A stretch of DNA of 64,000 bases, from positions 7,812 to 71,811 of the forward strand of contig JAEORO010000060.1 of assembly GCA_016840855.1 (NCBI GenBank). Direction: 5' to 3'. This stretch comes from Candidatus Thorarchaeota archaeon (GTDB lineage Archaea > Asgardarchaeota > Thorarchaeia > Thorarchaeales > Thorarchaeaceae). Below are positions 44,108 to 52,667 of the stretch, piece by piece. How positions within the stretch are numbered: the first letter of the stretch is position 1; each line of letters starts with the position of its first letter. Below the pieces are notes generated by a model. It was not told the DNA's origin. It worked only from the letters and a program-made list of their open reading frames with translations, and did no database searches. A program made the translations under genes and the position numbers.

Positions 44108-46093
44108 ATGAATTCTTCTGAAGGATTGACTGCAATAGTATGGACATCAGAAGAAGAATGTGAGAATGGACATCTTAAGATTGGGGAGAATGGCATATCA
44201 ATAAAGCTGGAAAGTGGGAGAGTATTATCAAGTCAAAAACCAAGCAATTCACTCTATAGATTGATTGATGGCCCATTTATGATGGCAAATAGAGTCTTCT
44301 TCGATCCAATCTTGTTTGTAATACGCCCATATGCAGGAGATGTAGGTCATGTTGTAGAAGATGTGTTTCCTCCTTCTAGTGGAGGGTTTTATGGTAGAAT
44401 GAAGCTAGGGGGAAAAAAAGCAGTTTATGTTGTTCAACAGATTGAAGGAGATTCGAAACTATGGTTGCTTATAGGAGACCCGAAAACAGGAGGGGTCTTC
44501 GAGTCTCAAATGATACATGCCTATGAGGCAGAGGCAATTAAGTTGCTTGAAAATAAAGACTTCCAGAATCTGCTTGACTGGAGCATGCTTGAAAATGATT
44601 TAGAAAAAGATAGAATTGACGTGCTTGAAGTTCTGGATGAGCCTTCTCCATCATGGGAGGATATTGCGAAGCTCGTTAGTGATGTGACGATTGACAACTT
44701 GAAATTAGGAGTTTCGATGAGAGACACATTATCGCAATTTGTACCAGACTCATTTCCGGACTCGATAAGAGAAGAGTTAATGGCATTCCTCGCGTTTGCC
44801 AACAGACCTGAAATATTAATGGAAGACCCTGTTGATTTCTCATGGCGCACATATTCGTTCCAGTCATTTGGAAATCTGATACGTGGACATCTAAGATGTA
44901 TTCTTTCTGATAATCCTTGGCCACCATATATCAAATATCTGAGATTGGCAGAGAAAAAACGATTACAACGACCAATAGTGACGTTAGATGCAAATATAGA
45001 ATCACCATGGGATATTTTCAGACAGAAGGTAAACGAGGCTTTTCCTAATTGGACTGGTATCGCTATTAATTCTGCAAAAGATTTGACAAAGTCAGGGAAA
45101 GTTATTACAAAGATGCCAGCGACACGTTCTCGTGCTAAGAAGTCTAAAAGAGTGTGGAAAGAACGTTTGGCTGCTGTTTCTTATGGCTTGAGGATTCGAG
45201 GTCATATAAATTCAGGTACCATCGGACTCACAGATCTTGTGTATCTGGGTGCAGCATATAGATGGCCACATCGCCATATGAAATTCATCACAAAATTAGG
45301 TTCGTCAGAAAGCAATCCCCCACACATACATGTAATGACAATGCCAAAAACTGCAGCAGAGCGTGTCAAGAGATTTCTACCAAATGTAATGGAGGTTGCA
45401 TGGTCTGCGCGGACAGCCAATCTTGATTTGTATGATCACACATCAGAAAGTTGGTATGTATCTGTAAGTCGTATCGTGGAGTCAATCGATAGAGAGAGTT
45501 CGAGGAGAAGACTAGTCAAACGGTTCACCAGAAGTTCTCAAAGAGATACATACCAATTGAATTTCGATGAGGCAAAAGTCGCTGGATTGGTTTCAAAAGA
45601 TATCTTTCTAGTCGATTTTGAGAAACCTGGACGTTTCAATTATTGGGGTTTGAGTGGAAATCGGATTCACTCAATTCTGGCAAATCTGTACCAAAGAGGT
45701 ATTGTTGATATCACATATGGTGTCAGCGATGCACAGCTTGTGTCTATTGCGACCGTTGCTCAGGGCAAGTCCAAATACATTACCTCCCTAACAGAATCGT
45801 TCTTGGATTATTCAGCGACATCTTTGGCAATGCTAAACAAGAGCTCAGATATGGTAGTGATATTATCCATGTTGCCCGAAGAAGCGGCTTATGAGCTAGT
45901 AGCAGAACTGCCAAGATATGGAATCTTGAAAGATGTGATGATTCGATGTATGAGACCAACGGCGTTCCGTAGCTTCACATTCGACCTTTATCATCGCCTC
46001 CTCAAAGATGATGGAACTTGGGATGACGATGTGACTGCATTTCTCTCACAGGCTCGTTCTAAGAGAAAAGAGTTGTCAGAGAGTAACGCTTAA
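44108..46093 (+). CDS. Large hypothetical protein (661 aa), no domain recognised
   Basis: Long uninterrupted ORF with an ATG start. No P-loop, nuclease, recombinase or metal-binding motif seen by eye. The C-terminal ~130 aa weakly resemble a wHTH plus beta-alpha-beta-beta-alpha-beta (Lrp/AsnC-like) arrangement. Confidence 0.6.
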   Translation: MNSSEGLTAIVWTSEEECENGHLKIGENGISIKLESGRVLSSQKPSNSLYRLIDGPFMMANRVFFDPILFVIRPYAGDVGHVVEDVFPPSSGGFYGRMKLGGKKAVYVVQQIEGDSKLWLLIGDPKTGGVFESQMIHAYEAEAIKLLENKDFQNLLDWSMLENDLEKDRIDVLEVLDEPSPSWEDIAKLVSDVTIDNLKLGVSMRDTLSQFVPDSFPDSIREELMAFLAFANRPEILMEDPVDFSWRTYSFQSFGNLIRGHLRCILSDNPWPPYIKYLRLAEKKRLQRPIVTLDANIESPWDIFRQKVNEAFPNWTGIAINSAKDLTKSGKVITKMPATRSRAKKSKRVWKERLAAVSYGLRIRGHINSGTIGLTDLVYLGAAYRWPHRHMKFITKLGSSESNPPHIHVMTMPKTAAERVKRFLPNVMEVAWSARTANLDLYDHTSESWYVSVSRIVESIDRESSRRRLVKRFTRSSQRDTYQLNFDEAKVAGLVSKDIFLVDFEKPGRFNYWGLSGNRIHSILANLYQRGIVDITYGVSDAQLVSIATVAQGKSKYITSLTESFLDYSATSLAMLNKSSDMVVILSMLPEEAAYELVAELPRYGILKDVMIRCMRPTAFRSFTFDLYHRLLKDDGTWDDDVTAFLSQARSKRKELSESNA

Positions 46094-46096
46094 AAC
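46089..46096 (+). promoter_or_regulatory. TATA-like box for 5S rRNA
   Basis: CTTAAAAC, centred about 27 nt upstream of the 5S 5' end. It overlaps the stop codon of the 661-aa ORF. Confidence 0.35.
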
Positions 46097-46119
46097 CAAA
46101 CGTGTAAGACGAGCGACTT

Positions 46120-46238
46120 GATGGCGGCCATAGGGAGCCGTGAAACACCTGAACCCGGCCGAACTCAGAAGTTAAGACGACTCCCGTTAGGAGAGATGTG
46201 CGCTGCGCGAGCGCGTGACAGGCTCCTAAGCTGCCACA
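46120..46238 (+). rRNA. rrf: 5S ribosomal RNA (stand-alone)
   Basis: TGGCGGCCATAGGGAGCCGTGAAACACCTGAACCCGGCCGAACTCAGAAGTTAAGACGACTCCC...GCTGCCA. Helix I pairs TGGCGGC with GCTGCCA. Contains the conserved CCGAAC and GAAGTTAAG segments. A T-rich tract follows. Ends are accurate to +/- 3 nt. Confidence 0.85.
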
Positions 46239-46326
46239 TTTTCCTTCTTCGTAATCATCTTTCGATTAGAAAATGTAGAGATAGAAGTGATTAAAAGAGC
46301 AGCGAACAAAATCGGTTTTGATATAG

Positions 46327-47445
46327 ATGCAGCTAGGAGAACCAAATGAATTCAGTTGGATAATCAACATTGCATTCTTTGCCTTCATTATAATCTTCAG
46401 TCTTTATGGAGCAAAGTTCCAGATGTGGCAATGGCTGAAGCAGATTGAGGCAGGTTTGCATGAACTGAAGCGAATGTTCATAGAATCACGGCAAACAGCC
46501 ATTGATGCATTCAAGGAATATGGCAAATCTGAAGAAGAAGTTGCCAAAGATTTGGACCGATGGATGGATTATTTCACAATAATGCCAGTAGACTTGGATC
46601 CAGCTGGCATCTTGAAACGACTTGACCACCTCCTTGATGAACGCAGAGATCGTTTCCAAGAGTTTGTTGCGGACTTAGCCCCTGAATCAACAGAAGGGAT
46701 GAATCAGAACCTAGAGAATACATTGGAAGTAACGCAAGTTCTAGGTCTCATCTTCAGGGTTGTCAGACACTTCTACCTCTTAGGTAAAAAGACTGGTAGT
46801 CAGATAATGATTATGCAAATCCAGATGCAGATGCCAGACCTTCTTAGACTTGCAAAAGCGTACTATGATGCCCTTAGTGCATTCGCAGATGGTAAGCCAA
46901 TTGGCGATGGCATTGGTCCACTGGTCATTACCAAGTTCGCTAGAGAGTATGGTGGCACATCAGAAAACTACAACCATGAGGTTGCACGCGAAGTTGGGTA
47001 CTACGAGGTTAAAGCCGAGGGAAGAACTGTATATGCCCTAAGAGCAACTGGACCTGGTGGCACAGTCGGAAAACCGGGATTTGCTGTTAAGAACCTCGTT
47101 GATAAGTATGGGAGCAAGATAACTCGAATCATAACAGTGGATGCTGCTTTGAAACTAGAGGGTGAGGAGCTCGGACGGGTTTCTGAAGGAACAGGTGCTG
47201 CAATAGGGGACCCAGGTCCTGAGAAACATGCAATGGAGCAGACTGCGACAGAACGCGGAATTGGTATAGAAGCCATTGTCATAAAGGAAGATGAGGCAGC
47301 TGCTGTAGGAATCATGGACAAACGAATCTTAGATTCTGTTCCTGAAGTCATTGAGAGAATCAAAGCATCAATCCTCAAGCGTACGAAACCAGGCGACAGT
47401 GTGATTCTTGCGGGAATCGGGAACACGATTGGAATTGGTCTCTGA
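46327..47445 (+). CDS. DUF1512-like archaeal protein with N-terminal TM helix
   Basis: N-terminal hydrophobic helix, MPVDLDPAGILKRLDHLL, C-terminal alpha/beta-like domain. Family assignment is from memory only. Confidence 0.45.
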   Translation: MQLGEPNEFSWIINIAFFAFIIIFSLYGAKFQMWQWLKQIEAGLHELKRMFIESRQTAIDAFKEYGKSEEEVAKDLDRWMDYFTIMPVDLDPAGILKRLDHLLDERRDRFQEFVADLAPESTEGMNQNLENTLEVTQVLGLIFRVVRHFYLLGKKTGSQIMIMQIQMQMPDLLRLAKAYYDALSAFADGKPIGDGIGPLVITKFAREYGGTSENYNHEVAREVGYYEVKAEGRTVYALRATGPGGTVGKPGFAVKNLVDKYGSKITRIITVDAALKLEGEELGRVSEGTGAAIGDPGPEKHAMEQTATERGIGIEAIVIKEDEAAAVGIMDKRILDSVPEVIERIKASILKRTKPGDSVILAGIGNTIGIGL

Positions 47446-47456
47446 GGTGAATATAG

Positions 47457-47819
47457 ATGGGGATTGTAAGTAAACTTCTAGGACTTGTTTTCGCAGCATC
47501 AGGATTCATCATCCTTTGGTGGGGTATGGGAACAAATGATGCACTCTCATTCATCTGGTCATTCATAGGCATGTTCGTTATGGCTATGGGATTTGCACTA
47601 CTGACCTCAGGAAGAGAGCAAAAAGAAGCAAAACCACCGCCGCCTACAGTCACAGAAATCAAATGTAATAGCTGCGACTTCAAGGAGATTAGAGATTTCC
47701 AGAAAGGTGATTATGTCTTGAAAGCTGTAGAAACCACCTGTCCAAAGTGTCAGAGCGCCATGACAATTGAAGGCGTATACATTGTAAGAGAAGAAACGGA
47801 TGACAAGGACAGGATTTAG
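47457..47819 (+). CDS. Small membrane protein (2 TM) with C-terminal zinc ribbon
   Basis: Two hydrophobic helices, then CNSC-x22-CPKC. Starts 11 nt after the preceding gene. Confidence 0.5.
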   Translation: MGIVSKLLGLVFAASGFIILWWGMGTNDALSFIWSFIGMFVMAMGFALLTSGREQKEAKPPPPTVTEIKCNSCDFKEIRDFQKGDYVLKAVETTCPKCQSAMTIEGVYIVREETDDKDRI

Positions 47820-48715
47820 TCCAGTTTAGTCAGGATTATGGGACCATCCTCTGAGATAAAGACTGTGTGCTCAGTCTGACTCACGGGACGTCCCTTCTTT
47901 TCTATCTGCATAGGATAACCACGGATTGCTCGCGCATTGAGCAGCTCTTTGATTTCATTAATAACATCAACTTTTTTGGTCGATGTGCCAATCCAACGAG
48001 ATGCAAATGGAAGAGGACCATATTTGTCACGTAGATACTTTCGGAGCTTCTCAGTTGTACCTTCTAAGGGTTCATCAATCCCGGTGTTTGCAAAAATATA
48101 GACGTACTCGCTATCAATGACTGTTCCGGTTCCAGTTGTGGCGAATGGTTCGATTGCATAATATTCGCCTACTTCTACTGTCCCGACGTTCCTTTTCTTG
48201 ACATTGGGGACAATCTTTCCTGCATGAAGACGGTATTTCTTGAGATTGTGTCCTGATAGGTTCTTGACTGGTTTGAGTCCATAATCTTTGATTACTCTTT
48301 CAATGATTTGTCCAACATCTCCAAGCTCTGTACCAGGTTGCATCATTGTTATCGCCTCATTCAAGGCATCATCAGTAGCCAAGACAAAACCCTCTAGACT
48401 TTTGTCGATGTCTATGGTACATGCTGTATCAGCGATAAACCCGTCAATATGTACACCAACATCCAACTTTACTAGACCAAAATCAGGAATCTCACTCTTG
48501 TCACCCCTTGGCGATGTACTATGAGCGGCTATATGATTTATAGAAACATTGAGTGGGAACGCGGGAGTACCGCCATATTCCTTGATTTTTTTCTCAGCCA
48601 GGGCACAAATCTTGATGATCTTCTTACCAGGCTCTATCTCAACACTGGTTTCGTTCAAAACACGTGCTGCAATTTTCCCTGATTTTATTGCTGAAGGGTG
48701 TAAGGCAGAAGACAC
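47816..48715 (-). CDS. map: Methionine aminopeptidase, type 2 (M24A), copy 1
   Basis: FPLNVSINHIAAH, VKLDVGVHIDGFIADTA, LSGHNL, YAIEPFAT, QTEHTV. All five expected metal ligands (D, D, H, E, E) are present by eye. Confidence 0.85.
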   Translation of the reverse strand: MSSALHPSAIKSGKIAARVLNETSVEIEPGKKIIKICALAEKKIKEYGGTPAFPLNVSINHIAAHSTSPRGDKSEIPDFGLVKLDVGVHIDGFIADTACTIDIDKSLEGFVLATDDALNEAITMMQPGTELGDVGQIIERVIKDYGLKPVKNLSGHNLKKYRLHAGKIVPNVKKRNVGTVEVGEYYAIEPFATTGTGTVIDSEYVYIFANTGIDEPLEGTTEKLRKYLRDKYGPLPFASRWIGTSTKKVDVINEIKELLNARAIRGYPMQIEKKGRPVSQTEHTVFISEDGPIILTKLD

Positions 48716-48770
48716 ATTTTCACCTTAAATGGAGAATGAAAACTGGCACTCTTAAGAGGTTCCATGCACG

Positions 48771-49688
48771 CTAGACTTGTTCATCTTCCCGCCGAGTAGA
48801 TATAATGGCACCATTCTGGCTTACATAGATGCTGTGTTCAAATTGAGAGACCAGTCCGTTCTTACCCTCATACAGCACAGGATAGCCATGAATAGCACCA
48901 GCTCGTTGAAGATTATTGAGGGCTGCAGCTATATCTATACTACCACCTTTTGCATGAAGCCATCTTCCCGCCCAAGGAAGACTTCCGAATTTCTGCCGAG
49001 CAATGTTTCGAACCCTCAATGTTGTCTTATCGAGTTTCTTTTTGTTTTTCATGTCATTAGAAAAGATGTAAGCTTTGGGCCCACTTTTGATTGTGCCATT
49101 ACCATCTGTGGCAAATGGTTCTATAGCAAAGGTTTCGCCAAGACGCATCTTTGCTGTCATCTTCATTCTAACATTTGGGACATTCTTACCAGCATGAAGG
49201 TTCCATGGTTTTAATTGATGTCCTGAGAGTTGGTGGATTGGTTTTAGACCATGACGTTTTACGGTTCGCTCAATTGCTTTTCCAACATCACCTAGGGAAA
49301 CGTCAGGATAGACAATCTCAATGGCTGACTCCAAAGCTTCTCGGGATGCTTCAACATATTTCTCAAGGGATCCATCCAAATCCAATGTGAGAGCTGTGTC
49401 AGAGATATAGCCATTCACATGAGCACCAAGGTCTATCTTCACGAGGCCTTTGTCTGGAAATGTTTTGGTATCACCAAAGGGACTTGTATAGTGCGCTGCT
49501 TCATCATTGATGGATATATTACACGGAAAAGCAACTCCACTGGCACCTAATTCAAGTATTTTCTTCTCTGCTTGCTGACAAATCTTCAATACTTTGACCC
49601 CTGGACGTACCATTGGAGCTACGAAACTCAATGCATGTGCGGCTATCTTTCCAGCCTTCATGAAGTCGGGATGGGGCTTTGTATCCAT
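48771..49688 (-). CDS. Methionine aminopeptidase type 2-like paralogue, copy 2
   Basis: FPCNISINDEAAH, VKIDLGAHVNGYISDTA, LSGHQL, FAIEPFAT, QFEHSI. The same ligand set is retained. Confidence 0.8.
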   Translation of the reverse strand: MDTKPHPDFMKAGKIAAHALSFVAPMVRPGVKVLKICQQAEKKILELGASGVAFPCNISINDEAAHYTSPFGDTKTFPDKGLVKIDLGAHVNGYISDTALTLDLDGSLEKYVEASREALESAIEIVYPDVSLGDVGKAIERTVKRHGLKPIHQLSGHQLKPWNLHAGKNVPNVRMKMTAKMRLGETFAIEPFATDGNGTIKSGPKAYIFSNDMKNKKKLDKTTLRVRNIARQKFGSLPWAGRWLHAKGGSIDIAAALNNLQRAGAIHGYPVLYEGKNGLVSQFEHSIYVSQNGAIISTRREDEQV

Positions 49689-49812
49689 AAGTAGTCACAC
49701 TATTTTCGATAACGCTGGTTGGTATTAACTTTCAGATTGAGCAGGATTGTTATTCATAAGGGGAAAACATAGAAAGGGCAAACAGTAAAAGTATGCTGGG
49801 AGACATTGAATC

Positions 49813-50484
49813 ATGAAAATCACGTTTCTGGGTCACGCATCGTTTAAGATTGAAGAGGATGGAAAGATTGTCTATGTTGACCCTTGGCTCACCGGTCCAA
49901 CATCACCACTAACAGTGGATGATGTGGATGAAGCTGATATTGTACTTGTCACTCATGACCATGGTGATCACGGTTATGCTGAAGCACTAGGAATCTGTAA
50001 GAACACTGGAGCATACCTAGTTGCAATCAATGAACTCGCACATAAGGCGGGTTCACAAGGCGTTGAAAGTATTCACACTCTTAATATTGGAGGAAGCGTG
50101 AACATCGGTGGTGTGGTTGTAACCCTAGTTCAAGCATTCCATTCATCAGGTGTTGGAGCTCCAACGGGCTTTGTGGTAAGGTTTCCAAGCAGTACTTTCT
50201 ATCACGCAGGAGATACAGGCGTATTCTCGTCTATGGAGCTTTTAGGAGAATTATATGGTCCAGTGGATGTCGCTCTACTACCCATTGGTTCATACTTCGT
50301 AATGGATATCCATCAAGCAGCTTTAGCAACGAAACTTCTCAAACCAAGAAATGTAATTCCTATGCACTATGACACATTTCCAGTCATAGAGGCAAATCCA
50401 GAGAAGTTCAAGGCTCTTGTTTCTGAAACAAGTCCAGACACAAAGGTGGTCATTCTCAAACCTGGAGATGAAACAGAAATCTAA
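49813..50484 (+). CDS. Metallo-beta-lactamase-fold hydrolase (UPF0173-like), second copy in window
   Basis: MKITFLGHASFKIE..GKIVYVDPW...VLVTHDHGDHG. Confidence 0.8.
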   Translation: MKITFLGHASFKIEEDGKIVYVDPWLTGPTSPLTVDDVDEADIVLVTHDHGDHGYAEALGICKNTGAYLVAINELAHKAGSQGVESIHTLNIGGSVNIGGVVVTLVQAFHSSGVGAPTGFVVRFPSSTFYHAGDTGVFSSMELLGELYGPVDVALLPIGSYFVMDIHQAALATKLLKPRNVIPMHYDTFPVIEANPEKFKALVSETSPDTKVVILKPGDETEI

Positions 50485-51250
50485 GTTTAGATGGTGGTCG
50501 ATGCCTGTAACCCTTCACACTAACTCCCAGAATCATAGCATCAGATGGTACATCTGGCTCCACTGAGCTGTCTCATGTTGGGTGCTCTGACATCGACCGG
50601 CCTGCCAATGTACGAAACCGGGGTGACTCACTCTTCATCTAAAGGACAAACATCCCCATCAAGCGAGTCCGTTAGGGCTCGTCCTTTTGGTGCTTAGCAG
50701 GCATTTGTCCAAGATGTGACCCGCCCTATGCGCAACACCTCATTGGTATAACCTCAGTGCGCCCTCGAGAACGGGACTGAATACTCCTGAACATGAAAAA
50801 TCTGTATTTCTATAGTTATTAGGATTATCACATGGCGCGAATCAGACCATTCTTGGTAGCAGCAGTGACTCTCTATGTAAGGCATCTATGGCGATAACGA
50901 CATCTTCAAATACGCTGGGGAATCAAACCCCGTGTATAGCACAAGTGATAGAGTCACAGCTGTGCTTTGTAAATCATCATATAATCATATCATAGCGCCA
51001 CGCGCTCCCGACTACGGACCCAAAGAGAATAGTCGGTGAGAGCACTGCGCAAAGTCTTCGGACTATTATCATTCACAGGATTATCATCACGATTATCTTA
51101 GCATATGTTCGGGCATGGGTTTGAGTAGTATCATACAGGTCTTATTCCAATCATAGAATAGATGCATAGGCCAATCTGTGACAAGACGCAGGCGGAATCA
51201 CCTTGGTCTGTAGGGCGAGAAAACGTGGCAGCATAACATAGGAGACGTGC

Positions 51251-52546
51251 ATAGAAATAGGAACAGACTTCGACCAGAGTGCAGCCAAATATGTCATTCG
51301 CGCTAGAATCGACATCGAAGGTGTGGTTGACAAACCTGATGTTGTTGGAGCTATATTTGGACAGACTGAAGGGCTACTCGGAGAAGACCTTGATTTACGG
51401 GAACTTCAGCGTACTGGTCGTATTGGAAGAATTCAGATTGTGATAAAATCAGAAGGTGGAAACAGTACTGGAGAGATTGTGATTCCAGTTTCGTTGAACA
51501 AGACTGCTACAGCGATTCTTGCTGCGTCATTGGAAACTGTTGATCGAGTAGGCCCATGCACTGCAAAAGTAACTCTTGAGAAGCTAGAGGACATAAGGGG
51601 TGCAAAGAGGAGAAAAGTAGTAAGCAGAGCAATTAGCATCTTGAAAGGATGGGAAGAAGATATCTCACCTGGTACTGATGAGATACAGACTGCTGTTACT
51701 AAAGGGAGTAAAGTTTCGGTATCAAAATATGGTCCAGATAGCCTACCAGCAGGCCCAGGGCTGAATGAAAGCTCTGACATCATAATTGTTGAGGGTAGAG
51801 CTGATGTCATCAATCTCATGAAATGTGGAATAACAAACACAGTTGCTGTAGAGGGAACTCACATTCCTAAGAGTATTGTAGATCTCACAAAGAAAAGAGG
51901 AAAGAAAATCGTCGCTTTCCTTGATGGAGATAGAGGTGGAGACCTAATTCTAAGAGAATTAATGCAAGTAGCAAAAGTCCACTTTATTGCAAGAGCTCCG
52001 GAAGGAAAAGAGGTTGAGGATTTGACACGGAAAGAGGTCACAAAAGCACTTCAGGCTCAGATACCGGCTGACCAAGCACTCGCATTAGTAAAAGAGAGAA
52101 AGGTAACTCCAACAAAGAAAAAGCGACCAGGAAAGAAAGTCGCAAGAACTAGAAGGGAACCGAAGCTAGTAGGTGAATTTCAAGAACCAGAAATGGTTGA
52201 TGAAGAACAAGCTCCAAGCCGTCGAAGAGCAGTGACGAGAAGAATACCAGTAACTGTTGATGAAGTATATGTTTCTAGAATTGGGAACATTAAAGAGTCT
52301 TTCAAAGCTCTTCTGTTCGGAGAGGACAAGCAGGTCATAGTAGAATGTGGAGTAGCTGAACTAGCAAAAACTCTAGAAGAGCAAGAAAAGGTACCTACAA
52401 TTGTATTCGATGGCGTAATTACACAACGACTAGTTGACATTGCAAGTAAGAAAAGGACTGAGCTGATGATTGGAGCAGCTGTTGCAGATATTGAAAATAA
52501 ACCTAGTAGTATGAAGATTGTCACTTTTGATGACTTAGGTCATTAA
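51251..52546 (+). CDS. dnaG: Archaeal DnaG primase (TOPRIM), start codon non-canonical or damaged
   Basis: KPDVVGAIFGQTEGLLGEDLDLRELQRTGRIGRI and TOPRIM IIIVEGRADVINLMKCGITNTVAVEGT. The track ORF starts at GTG 51323. The frame is open from 51242 and encodes the conserved KYVIRARIDIEG upstream. The only plausible initiator is ATA 51251, 6 nt after GGAG. Confidence 0.85.
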   Translation: MEIGTDFDQSAAKYVIRARIDIEGVVDKPDVVGAIFGQTEGLLGEDLDLRELQRTGRIGRIQIVIKSEGGNSTGEIVIPVSLNKTATAILAASLETVDRVGPCTAKVTLEKLEDIRGAKRRKVVSRAISILKGWEEDISPGTDEIQTAVTKGSKVSVSKYGPDSLPAGPGLNESSDIIIVEGRADVINLMKCGITNTVAVEGTHIPKSIVDLTKKRGKKIVAFLDGDRGGDLILRELMQVAKVHFIARAPEGKEVEDLTRKEVTKALQAQIPADQALALVKERKVTPTKKKRPGKKVARTRREPKLVGEFQEPEMVDEEQAPSRRRAVTRRIPVTVDEVYVSRIGNIKESFKALLFGEDKQVIVECGVAELAKTLEEQEKVPTIVFDGVITQRLVDIASKKRTELMIGAAVADIENKPSSMKIVTFDDLGH

Positions 52547-52560
52547 TACTGATAGAGTAG

Positions 52561-52584
52561 TGGCCTTGTATCAATTCAAGGCCA
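52561..52584 (+). terminator. Hairpin after dnaG
   Basis: TGGCCTTG (52561-52568) TATCAATT CAAGGCCA (52577-52584), 15 nt after the stop; a pyrimidine-rich tract follows. Confidence 0.35.
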
Positions 52585-52667
52585 TACCACTTTCTAATTC
52601 AGCTTAGATAATCGAGTAATACTCACAATTATCTCACTGCTCTCTTGATTCATTATATGCAGTAGAC

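Noticed and set aside
50906-50930. tRNA T-arm-like hairpin (reverse complement GGGG-TTTGATT-CCCC)
   Set aside because: The loop lacks the invariant TTC (C56), and no acceptor, D or anticodon arms can be built around it.
50485-51250. RNase P RNA or SRP (7S) RNA in the ORF-free region
   Set aside because: I searched both strands by eye for the universal RNase P blocks (GAGGAAAGUCC, GGAGCAAG, ACAGAAxCCGGCUUA) and for the SRP helix-8 block (CCGGAAGG-AGCAG). None is present, only weak partial resemblances (ACGAAACCGGGGTGA).
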